DNA from: an uncultured Chloroflexia bacterium
GTDB taxonomy: Bacteria > Chloroflexota > Anaerolineae > Anaerolineales > Anaerolineaceae
Assembly: GCA_963827605.1 (NCBI GenBank)
Contig: CAWHBK010000002.1
Location: forward strand, 608,151-672,150
Length of the DNA: 64,000 nucleotides
Reading direction: 5' to 3'
Shown here: positions 39,739 to 48,733 of the stretch, piece by piece
Layout of the letters: each line of letters opens with the position of its first letter
How positions within the stretch are numbered: position 1 is the stretch's first letter
Notes under the pieces: model-generated
Told to the model about the DNA's origin: nothing
The model's input: only the letters and a program-made list of their open reading frames with translations
The model's database searches: none
Made by a program: the position numbers and the translations under genes

Positions 39739-40509
39739 TTAACCGATCTTCGTCCCGCACTCTGGGCAGAATTTGGCCCCGCCGGCTTGCGCGCCACAGC
39801 TCGGGCAAACGCCTACCGGAGCGGGTTGTTCCATTTTATTCCCGCAGTTGGGGCAGAATTTGGCCCCATGCGTTTCCGTCCCGCACTTGGGGCAGGCCGT
39901 GGCGGCAGGCTGGGTCATGGGACTGCCGCATTCCGGGCAGAACCTGGTGCCCACCGCGGCCAGCGTACCGTCTTTCGGGCAGCGGGCCATGCTTGTACTG
40001 GCGCGCTGGGCTGCCTGACCGGCCTGCTTGGCGGCCTCGCCGACCTGCTTGAAGGTGTCGCCCAGGCCGAAAGCGCTGGCCAGGCCTTTGAGGGCTGCAC
40101 CGGTCTGTTCCGCGCGCGATTCGGTGATTTCGTTCACCCGCGGGCTGTCCTCATTGCAGAAGCCGGCCTGCTCATCAAAGTCGGAGATGCACACCACCTT
40201 CTTGCAGGTTGGGCACTCGCGAAAGCGCTCTTTCACCTGGTCCCAGTGCGCTTTGAGCTGCTCGGCAGTGAGGTTGTAGACGTAGCGGGGGTCCTGACCG
40301 GCTACATTTTCGGCCAGCGTGCCGCCAAACAGCGGAACCTTGCGCAGTAAATCGCCGGCCATCTTGCGGCCTAAGTCGGTCGTAATGGTATTCTTGAGAT
40401 CTGCCTGGCTGCGGAACTCGCGGTCGCAGCATTCACAATAAAAAACAGCATACGGCCCCATTCCATCGTTGCGAACGTCGTAACGGGGCATCCGGCCTGG
40501 CTCGGACAT
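39739..40509 (-). CDS. Multi-zinc-ribbon protein (three tandem double zinc ribbons at the C-terminus)
   Basis: 256-aa ORF. The C-terminus has three units of CPxxG...FCPxCG. The N-terminus has additional CECC and CPTC pairs. Confidence 0.6.
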   Translation of the reverse strand: MSEPGRMPRYDVRNDGMGPYAVFYCECCDREFRSQADLKNTITTDLGRKMAGDLLRKVPLFGGTLAENVAGQDPRYVYNLTAEQLKAHWDQVKERFRECPTCKKVVCISDFDEQAGFCNEDSPRVNEITESRAEQTGAALKGLASAFGLGDTFKQVGEAAKQAGQAAQRASTSMARCPKDGTLAAVGTRFCPECGSPMTQPAATACPKCGTETHGAKFCPNCGNKMEQPAPVGVCPSCGAQAGGAKFCPECGTKIG

Positions 40510-40630
40510 GTAGCCTCCCTTAAAAAGCTTGTAAGTTAGGATGTGGTGGTAATGTTATTTGAATTATACATACAATTGCGACCCGGGGATATAGGAAGAA
40601 ATCTAAAATTAGGGTAAACGCATCTATATA

Positions 40631-40685
40631 GCGAGATAGCGGCATCCAGCGGCGCTTTCTGTGCCGCTGGATGCCGCTATCTCGC
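40631..40685. terminator. Perfect 23-bp-stem hairpin downstream of the PLD gene
   Basis: gcgagatagcggcatccagcggc (40631-40653), a 9-nt loop, gccgctggatgccgctatctcgc (40663-40685). Confidence 0.5.
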
Positions 40686-40707
40686 ACTCTTTTTAAAGTC
40701 CCTGTCC

Positions 40708-41896
40708 TTACCTCGCGCAGGTGATATCCGCGGACGGGGGGGTCTTGGCGGCGCTCATGATGCGCTGGTACTCGCGCTCGAACATGGCCGCCGCGGCGGG
40801 GCTGTGGATGATGATGACATTGTCGTCGTTGATCGTATCCGCGGCGCGGGTAAAGTTAAACGAGCCGGTGATGACCGTTTTGCCATCGATGATCAGCACC
40901 TTGTGATGCATGGTATAGCGGTTGCCGTCCGTGCGCACCGGGAGACCCGCGCAGAACAACGGCGACAGCACGCCCTGGTTCGCGCCGCGGCTTTCGATGA
41001 CCCCTTGCACATCCAGCCCGGCCCGCGCCTGGGCAATCAGCGCCGCGGACAGGTCATCGGAGGTGAAGGTAAAGATCATAAAATGCACTGATTTTTCCGC
41101 GCTGCGCACGCTGCTGACCAGTTTCGCCATCACATCATCGGTGGGCGAAAAATAGTTCTCTACCCGCACGCCGTCCATGGTGATCGTAGGGTTGGGCACT
41201 TTCACCCTGGCGTCCGCGCCAAAGCGTTTGTCCACAAACAGCTCTTCGAACTTGGCCTGGTAGTTGGCGACCAGCTGCGGGTTGGTGATCTTGAGCAGGT
41301 TGTTGTTGTTGCGGTAGGTGTCGTTGTACGACAGGTTCCACGATCCCACAAAAAGCGTTTTCCGGTCGATGATGATCATCTTATCGTGCATCAGACCATT
41401 TTCACGCCCGCCGTCCACCAATGCGACCCCGCTGGCTTTCAGGGTCTTGATCGCGTTAAATACGCGGTTACCGGTAGCCGCGTTATCCAGGTTCAAGGCT
41501 GCCGTTGAGGCCGTCGTAAACCACGCGCACCTTAACTCCCCGCAAGCTGGCAGCCGAAAGGGAGTTGACCAGCGAGGGCAGGTTCAGGTCAAAGGAGGTG
41601 ACGTCAATGCGGGTCGCGGCAGCATCCAGGGCCGGCTGCACCTGCTGGTCGATGATGCTCTGGCCCAGGTTGTCGGGCGGGTCGGGGTTGGTAAAATAGA
41701 TTGCCAGCCACGCGGGTAAGAATCGGTCCTGGACTGGGACGGAGGGGGCTTCAGCCGATGGGAAAGCCGGGATGGTAAAACCACCCGGGCTGCGCATCCC
41801 CAGGGCAATCGCCACAAGCATAATGAGACCAACGAGGGCCGTGATGATCAGGCCGCGGATATTCGGGGAGGATTTGCTTTGACGGCGGGAAGGCAA
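40708..41896 (-). pseudogene. Membrane-anchored phospholipase-D-superfamily protein with two HKD motifs, one frameshift as assembled
   Basis: ORF 41483..41896 gives the N-terminal TM helix and the start of PLD domain 1. ORF 40708..41496 gives HDKMIIIDRKTLFVGSWNLSYND and HHKVLIIDGKTVITGSFNFTRAAD. The junction lies near 41495. Confidence 0.8.
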
Positions 41897-41904
41897 TATT
41901 TATC

Positions 41905-42306
41905 TCATTCCGGATGCAGGAAAAAATCCCCAGCCAGAAATTCGAGCACCTGGCGCGAAGGGAGTTGGGAGAGGCAAGCGGCGGTCGCCTGGAAATCAGG
42001 CCGGGCGGGGGGGGTGCCTGTAAATGGAAACGCCGCGGCAAACAAGTCGTGTAACGCGGCGAGATCGGCTGCCAGGGTTTGGGGATCTTTCTCCGTATAT
42101 CCCCCAACGAGGATATTCATTTTACGCATTACCGCCAACAAAGCGCTGACGCGGCTGCCGGCCGTTTCCTGATCCTTGACGCCATCCAGGACGACATCCA
42201 GCTTGCCGATTCCCCAATCCAGCAGCCAGCTGGCGTCGTCGTCATCCAGCGCATCCGTCAGGTTTTCTGTTTCCAAGATTTGTTCGATAAAGCGTTCGGT
42301 ATCCAT
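41905..42306 (-). CDS. Hypothetical acidic protein, co-transcribed with the PLD gene
   Basis: 133-aa ORF ending 9 nt upstream of the PLD start, with no recognised domain. Confidence 0.4.
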   Translation of the reverse strand: MDTERFIEQILETENLTDALDDDDASWLLDWGIGKLDVVLDGVKDQETAGSRVSALLAVMRKMNILVGGYTEKDPQTLAADLAALHDLFAAAFPFTGTPPARPDFQATAACLSQLPSRQVLEFLAGDFFLHPE

Positions 42307-42592
42307 AAGCGCCTCTTTATAGAAACAAGGTTGGCACCTTCAAATATCCTTTATTGTAGCATCAAAGCAAATCACAAAATTTTATAATCATCTTCACCCA
42401 AATCAAGCATTAACGTCACTTGTGAGGAGGATCGGTTACCCGATAAGCTTGTCATACAACTGGTAATCCGTCAAACCGTGAGCAGGTCAATCGTGACAGG
42501 TAGATCGTTCCGGTTGACAAATTATCGAATCACGGATGGACGAATTGACGGGTTATTGAACGAATAACTGTCAACCAATTAAGGACCTCCAT

Positions 42593-44741
42593 ATGCCCAA
42601 GTACCGGATTGAAAAACATCCCATCCTGTCGGTTCCCGAATGTGAAAAAATAGCAATTTTCCTGGCAGGGCCAGGCGCTGACGGCAAACGCTGGTGAGAC
42701 GATTGCCGCGGCGTTGTTTGCCAACGGTGTGCGCGTTTTCGGCCACCATCACAAAGATGGCGCGCCGCAGGGCATCTTTTGCGCCAACGGGCAGTGCGCT
42801 CAGTGTATGGTCATCGCCAACGGGCTGCCGCTCAAGTCGTGCGCCGAGCTGGTAGAAGCGGGGATGCAGGTAGAACCGGCCAACGGCCTGCCGCAGCTGC
42901 CAGACACCGAGCATGTCCCGGCGGAAAGCCCCGTCCAGGAGATCCAGGTGCCGGTGCTAATCATTGGCGGTGGGCCGTCGGGGATGTCGGCGGCGATCGA
43001 GCTGGGCAAGCTGGGCATCCGCGTGCTGCTGGTGGATGACAAGCACCGCCTGGGCGGCAAACTGGTGCTGCAAACCCACCGCTTCTTTGGCTCCACGGAC
43101 GCGGTCTACGCTGGAACGCGCGGCATCAACATTGCCACGCGCCTCGAAAATGAAGTCCGAGAATATGACACGGTCGACATCTGGCCGCACTCCACGGCCC
43201 TGGCAGTGTTCAGCGACAAGAAGGTTGGCATTTTAAAGGAAGGTAACACCTATGTGCTGGTCGTGCCAGAGGTCATCCTGGTGGCGACCGGCGCGCGCGA
43301 GCGCTTCCTGGCCTTCCGCGGCAATACCCTGCCGGGAGTGTACGGCGCGGGCGCTTTCCAGACCCTGGTCAACCGCGACCTGATCCGCCCGGCGGAAAAG
43401 CTGTTCATCGTGGGCGGCGGCAACGTGGGGTTGATCGCCGGATACCACGCGCTGCAAGCCGGCATCGAAGTGGTTGGGTTGGTAGAAGCGCTGCCGGAAT
43501 GCGGCGGGTACAAGGTGCATAAAGATAAGCTGGTGCGCATGGGCGTGCCGATCTACACCGCTCATACCGTGCTCTCGGCCAATGGGGATGACAAGGTTGA
43601 ATCGGTCACCATCGCGAAAGTGGATGAGAATTTCCGCCCCATTCCTGGCACTGAACAGTCCTTCGCCTGCGACAGCGTGCTGATCGCGGTGGGGCTGGAA
43701 CCGGTGGACGAGTTTACCCGCAAAGCCAAGGACTTTGGCATCCGCACCTTTGCCGCTGGGGACGCCGAGGAAATCGCCGAAGCCTCCGCGGCCATGTTCT
43801 CCGGCAAGATCAAGGGCCTGGAAATTGCCCAGGCGCTGGGCTGCGATGTGGGTGAGATCCCCTCCGAGTGGTACCGCACCGGTGAGATCCTCAAATCGCG
43901 GCCTGGGCCGGTGAAGGTGGCGGAAGCGCAGGTCAACCAGACCGCGCCCGGGGTACCCTCCGGCGTGCTGCCCGTCTTCCACTGCACCCAGGAGATCCCC
44001 TGCAACCCATGCGCTTCGGTGTGCTCCAAGGGGCTGATCTTCATCGATTCAAGAGATATCCGCCACGTGCCGGCCTTTACCGGCGACCCGACTGCCTGTA
44101 TTGGCTGCGAGAAATGCCTGGCCATCTGCCCTGGGCTGGCGATTACCCTGGTGGATTACCGCAAGACGCCGGATATGCCCATCGTGGCGATACCCTTTGA
44201 ATTCAATTATGAGATGGTCAAGGAGCGCGAGACAGTCACCGTACTGGACACGGAAGGCGGCGTGCTGGGCGACCTGCAGGTGGTTCGCGTGGAGCAAGTA
44301 GCCAGCCGCGATCACACCATCATCGTCAAAGTGCGAGCGCCCCGGGATGTGGCCAACCGCATCGCCGGCATCCGCATCCAGGAAGCGCAGGTGACCCAAC
44401 CGATGAACCATTACGTGGATCACATCAGCGACGACACCATCGTCTGCCGCTGCGAACGGGTGACTGCCGGAGAGATCCGCGCGCTGATCCGCCAGGGCTA
44501 CCGCGACCTGAACGAAATTAAATCCATTACCCGCGCGGCGATGGGCGCCTGCGGCTCGAAAACCTGCCACTCGCTGATCTTCCGCCTGTTCCGCGACGAG
44601 GGCATCATCTTATCCGATGTCACCGACACCACCCGCCGGCCCATCTTTATCGAGGTACCGCTAAAGGTGTTCGCCGGAATGGGCGGCGAAGAAACGAAGC
44701 CAGGCAGTGAAAACAGCACCGGGGAGAGCAGCCATGCCTGA
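42593..44741 (+). pseudogene. Opine/sarcosine-oxidase alpha-like flavoprotein (2Fe-2S, FAD/NAD, 4Fe-4S and BFD-like domains), one frameshift in a T-run as assembled
   Basis: ATG at 42593 (MPKYRIEKHPILS...) runs into a stop. ORF 42714..44741 extends upstream as SWQGQALTANAGETIAAALFANG. The frames meet at TTTT 42657-42660. Motifs present are GGGPSGMSAA, CIGCEKCLAICPG and CRCERVTAGEI. Confidence 0.75.
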
Positions 44742-45912
44742 AAATTCAAAACAATATGACGGCGTCAAGTATGACGTCATCATCATTGGCTCCGGCTCGG
44801 TCGGCGCGCCGGCAGCCTTCTACCTGGCCCAGGCCGGTTACCGCGTGCTGGTGCTCGACGGGGCGCCTTCGGTCGGGCAAGGCTCGAACAAGCGCGCCAT
44901 CGGCGGCGTGCGCGCCACCCACTCCGACCCGGCCAAAATTCGCCTGTGCCTGCGCTCGATTGAAATCTTCCGCACCTGGCAGGAGACCTACGGCGAGGAC
45001 ATCGAATGGATCACCGGCGGCTATAATTTCGTCGCCTACCGCCCGGAAGAGGAGCAGACGCTCAAGACGCTGCTGGCAAAGCAGAAGTCGCTGGGTCTGA
45101 ATATCGACTGGTATGATAAAAACGACTTGCTCAAGATCGTCCCAGGGCTTAACCCGGTGGATCTGTTAGGCGGGACCTATTCGCCCGAGGACGGCAACTG
45201 CTCGCCGTTACTGGCGCTGCACGCCTTCTACGTGCATGCCTGCCAGGAAGGAGCCGTCTTCCATTATAATGAACCGGTCACCGGGCTGGTGATCCAGTCC
45301 GGCAAGATCCGCGGGGTGCAAACCCCGCACGGTGAATACGGCGCGGAAGTAGTGATCAACGCGGCCGGGGCCTGGGCCCGCTCCATCGGGTTAATGGCCG
45401 GGATCGACCTGCCGGTCAACCCCGACTGCCACGAGGCCGGTATTACCGAGTCGGTGGCGCAGTTCCTCGGCCCCATGGTGGTAGACATCCGCCCCGGCCC
45501 TGGGTCATCCAACTTCTACTTCTACCAGCACAAGACCGGGCAGATTATCTTCTGCATCACGCCCAGCCCATCCATCTGGGGTTTCGACGTGGACGAGACG
45601 GCCACCTTCCTGCCACAGATTTCCAAGCGCATGATCGCGGTGATGCCCAAGCTGCAGAACATCCGCGTGCGGCGCACCTGGCGCGGTCTTTACCCCATGA
45701 CCCCGGACGGCACGCCCATTGTGGGCTGGGCCAAAGAGGTGGAAGGGCTGCTCAATGCAGCCGGCATGTGCGGGCAGGGCTTTATGCTCGGCCCCGGCAT
45801 GGGCGAGCTGCTGGCGCGCATGGTGGCAGATAAACGAACGAAGGAAGATGATGAAGTGCTGGCGATCCTGTCGCCGGAGCGAGAGTATAAGGGGCAGGAG
45901 AAGCTGAAGTAA
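44734..45912 (+). CDS. FAD-dependent oxidoreductase (opine/sarcosine oxidase beta-like, DAO family)
   Basis: ORF 44707..45912, with start taken at MPENSKQYDG (44734), overlapping the upstream stop by 8 nt. Contains the DVIIIGSGSVGAPAAFYLA dinucleotide-binding motif. Confidence 0.8.
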   Translation: MPENSKQYDGVKYDVIIIGSGSVGAPAAFYLAQAGYRVLVLDGAPSVGQGSNKRAIGGVRATHSDPAKIRLCLRSIEIFRTWQETYGEDIEWITGGYNFVAYRPEEEQTLKTLLAKQKSLGLNIDWYDKNDLLKIVPGLNPVDLLGGTYSPEDGNCSPLLALHAFYVHACQEGAVFHYNEPVTGLVIQSGKIRGVQTPHGEYGAEVVINAAGAWARSIGLMAGIDLPVNPDCHEAGITESVAQFLGPMVVDIRPGPGSSNFYFYQHKTGQIIFCITPSPSIWGFDVDETATFLPQISKRMIAVMPKLQNIRVRRTWRGLYPMTPDGTPIVGWAKEVEGLLNAAGMCGQGFMLGPGMGELLARMVADKRTKEDDEVLAILSPEREYKGQEKLK

Positions 45913-45918
45913 AAATTT

Positions 45919-45963
45919 ATGTTGCACTGCCCGCGCGGCTTTGCCGCGCGGGCAGTGCAACAT
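45919..45963. terminator. Perfect 20-bp-stem hairpin between convergent genes
   Basis: atgttgcactgcccgcgcgg (45919-45938), loop ctttg, ccgcgcgggcagtgcaacat (45944-45963). Confidence 0.7.
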
Positions 45964-45967
45964 ATTC

Positions 45968-47032
45968 TCATGCCAACTCCACCGTATACCCCAGCCCGGG
46001 TACATCCGCCGCCACCAACCAGCCATCTTTCAAGGTGAAACCCGCTAGCGAGGGGTCGTTGAGCAGGTCGAAGGAGCCGTCCAGGTCGCCGTAACGGACA
46101 TTGGGGCTGCTGAGGGCCAGGCTGAGGCCGGCGCTGATCAGCAGGGCCGGCTCAACGAAGCAGCTGACCATCGTGTCCAGGTGCGCGGCGCGGGCGATCG
46201 CGTCGATCTGGCGCGCGCAGCGCAGCCCGCCGCAGCTGGCCAGCTTGATGCTCAGCCCATCCACGATGTGGTTGGCGGCCAGCTCTAAGGCGGAGGAAGG
46301 CCCGCGCACGCTCTGGTCGGCCAGGATTGGCACCGGGCTGACTTCACGGATCTGGCGCATCGCATCCAGGTCGCCGGGTGGGATGGGCTGTTCCAGCATT
46401 TCGAGCATATCGCCAAGAACACGCGCCACATCCAGAGCATCCTGCACCGAGTAGCCGCCGTCCGCGTCCAGGCGCAGGATATGGTTCGGCAGCGCGCGGC
46501 GGATGGCCTCCACACGCTGGACATCTTCATCCGGGTCCAACCCGCCCTTGATCTTTAGCATGCGGAAGCCCTGGCTGGCGCGTTCATTGGCCAGCTGCAC
46601 GCTTTCATTGACCGACGAAATCGGAATGGTCACAGAAGTCTGGATGCGGTCGCGGTAACCACCCAGGATCCGGTAGAGCGGCATGCCGGCCGACAGGCTC
46701 AGCAGGTCATGAAAGGCCAGGTCGAATGCACACAAGGCTGCCGGGGTCGCCCGAGCCCGAGAAGCCAGCTCGCTGAGTGAATATTCGATGTTCATGGGAT
46801 GCAGGTCAGAAATGAGGGTGGCGCATTCCCGGCAGGAGCGCAGGACTTCTTCAGGCTTCTCGCCGTTCAGCTTTGGGTGGGCAATGGTACAGCCCCAACC
46901 GCTCTGTCCCTGGCGGGTATCCAGGCGCACAAACACCGCCATCACCTTGTCGATCTGCCCCATCCCGGCCATGCGAGCCGGCTGGCGTAGTTTGATCTCA
47001 ACGGGGGTGACTTCAACATTTATGATCTGCAT
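45968..47032 (-). CDS. Enolase-superfamily dipeptide epimerase (mandelate racemase/muconate lactonising enzyme family)
   Basis: ORF 45968..47095, with start at MQIINVEVTPVEI (47032). Contains MLKIKGG (KxK), LRLDADGGY, LEQP, ADQS and SIKLASCGG catalytic-site pattern. Confidence 0.8.
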   Translation of the reverse strand: MQIINVEVTPVEIKLRQPARMAGMGQIDKVMAVFVRLDTRQGQSGWGCTIAHPKLNGEKPEEVLRSCRECATLISDLHPMNIEYSLSELASRARATPAALCAFDLAFHDLLSLSAGMPLYRILGGYRDRIQTSVTIPISSVNESVQLANERASQGFRMLKIKGGLDPDEDVQRVEAIRRALPNHILRLDADGGYSVQDALDVARVLGDMLEMLEQPIPPGDLDAMRQIREVSPVPILADQSVRGPSSALELAANHIVDGLSIKLASCGGLRCARQIDAIARAAHLDTMVSCFVEPALLISAGLSLALSSPNVRYGDLDGSFDLLNDPSLAGFTLKDGWLVAADVPGLGYTVELA

Positions 47033-47169
47033 GCGGAACCTCCCTTTACCGGATACACGAAAGATTTGGGTAGGGAAAGATGCCAGACAGGCCAACCTTT
47101 TTGAAACAATCCCAAATAATTCTAGCAGATTTTCAAAACTGAAAAATGAAGCCGAAAAGCAGAAACAGG

Positions 47170-47206
47170 CAAGGAGGCTGTCCCAGTCTTGGCGACAGCC
47201 TCCTTG
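47170..47206 (-). terminator. Hairpin terminator candidate after the 47234 gene
   Basis: caaggaggctgtc (47170-47182) pairs with gacagcctccttg (47194-47206), followed on the minus strand by a T-rich tract. Confidence 0.5.
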
Positions 47207-47233
47207 CTTTATCCAACATAAGAGAACAGACCG

Positions 47234-48046
47234 CTACTGCCGCCTGTTTAATGCACCGAGCGCCTGCATGAAGGTATTGACGACAATCTGGGTTGATTCG
47301 TTGCGGTGGACGGAATTGCCCATGCCGCTTCCCGCCAGGAGCGCCTGAACCACGGCCTGAGTATTGCTACCGCCGCTCTGCTTGGCCTGGAAATAGGCCA
47401 TCCCGGCATTCAACAGATCATCCATTCCAAGACCATCCTGGAGACCGCCGCCCGTGCCCGTGCCTGTACCCCCAGCGCCGGTGAGGCCGCCCAGCAACGT
47501 ACCAAGCATATCATCTCCACCCTGGGCAGTTTGCTGCTGCTGCGGCATCCCGCCGCCGGTGAGGCCACCCAACAGCGCGCCGAGCATATCATTTCCACCC
47601 TGTGGGGCTTGCTGAGCCGATGAACTTTCGCCGCCGGCGAAGCCTCCCAGCAGGGAGCCAAGCATATCTCCGCCATCCGGCTGAGCAGCAGATGGAGCAG
47701 CTTGCCCGCCGCCAATAAGCATTTGGAGCAGCTGCACTGCGCCCTGGGTATCCATACTCTTGCCTTTGAACTGTCCGGCAGCTTGCGCCAGGTTCTGCGC
47801 GTACAACTGGCTGGAACCAGAGGTGGCATTCATCGAAAGCTGTTTGGCGGCATAGTTCAGCGCGGTACTGGCCGAGCTGCCCTTCTTTTGTTCCAGTGCA
47901 TTGGTGATGGTTTGAAACGTCTGAACCATGTTCGTGCCATGGTCCTGGTTATATTCATCTGCCTGGTTCAATGCCTGCTGGTTTTCCGCCAGAGCCTGGG
48001 TGACCGATTGGAAGATGTTTGCCAGATCTACGCTGCTTTGTGGCAT
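47234..48046 (-). CDS. Hypothetical protein with DhaL-like N-terminal motif and three Gly-rich GGxDMLGxLLGG repeats
   Basis: 270-aa ORF. ADEYNQDHGTNMVQTF loosely resembles the DhaL/DAK2 GDGDHGxNM motif. The central region repeats GGDMLGSLLGGFAGG / GGNDMLGALLGGLTGG / GGDDMLGTLLGGLTGAGG. Confidence 0.5.
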   Translation of the reverse strand: MPQSSVDLANIFQSVTQALAENQQALNQADEYNQDHGTNMVQTFQTITNALEQKKGSSASTALNYAAKQLSMNATSGSSQLYAQNLAQAAGQFKGKSMDTQGAVQLLQMLIGGGQAAPSAAQPDGGDMLGSLLGGFAGGESSSAQQAPQGGNDMLGALLGGLTGGGMPQQQQTAQGGDDMLGTLLGGLTGAGGTGTGTGGGLQDGLGMDDLLNAGMAYFQAKQSGGSNTQAVVQALLAGSGMGNSVHRNESTQIVVNTFMQALGALNRRQ

Positions 48047-48055
48047 GAGTACCTT

Positions 48056-48637
48056 CTATTTTTTCTTCAGTTCTTCTGGAAGGGGTGGAATTTCAATCTC
48101 CAGGCCTACCCGGATGGCATTTGGGTGATCCCCAATGATAGCCTTGTTATGGTCGTAAATCAGGCGCCAGTAAGGTTCCTTGATAGAGCCATAATATTTC
48201 TGCGCCAGGCTGGCATAGGTATCATCCTTCGTCCAGACGTGCTTGATCACCGGAACGGCCGCCGCCACAGCAGCAGCAACAGCCGCAGCCTGGGTAGTGG
48301 CAGCCTTTTCAGCTTCAACCGCGGCCAGTTTCGCTGCCAGCGCGGCTTTATCAGCTTCCGCCACCTGGCGAGCCTGCTCGATCATCCTGGACTGTTGATC
48401 CCGATCTACCTGGGCCTGCTTTTGCATCTGCTCCATCTGAACCCGCAGCGCCGCAGCATTTTGCTGCGCGGCTTCTGCCGCAGCTTTGGCTTTGGCTAGT
48501 TCCGCTTTTGCGGCTTCGGCTTCTGCCATGGCAGCTTCCGCCTGCTTCTTTGCAGCTTCTGCGGCGGCTTTCTCATCCCGATTCGAAATTGCATCAATAG
48601 CAGAACTGAAAATATTTTTCTTCGGTTCGTCAGCCAT
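48056..48637 (-). CDS. Coiled-coil protein with C-terminal LysM-like domain
   Basis: ORF 48056..48715, with start at MADEPKKNIF (48637), preceded by GGAGGA. It has about 130 aa of Ala/Glu/Lys/Gln coiled coil, then HVWTKDDTYASLAQKYYG...IRVGLEIEIP. Confidence 0.6.
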   Translation of the reverse strand: MADEPKKNIFSSAIDAISNRDEKAAAEAAKKQAEAAMAEAEAAKAELAKAKAAAEAAQQNAAALRVQMEQMQKQAQVDRDQQSRMIEQARQVAEADKAALAAKLAAVEAEKAATTQAAAVAAAVAAAVPVIKHVWTKDDTYASLAQKYYGSIKEPYWRLIYDHNKAIIGDHPNAIRVGLEIEIPPLPEELKKK

Positions 48638-48733
48638 TTGATATCCTCCATATCTTTGATCGAAATTAATTGGGACGTGCTTAGACAGTATACAGTGTAT
48701 TTCGTAAATGGACAACCCGTTAGCGGTGGAGTA

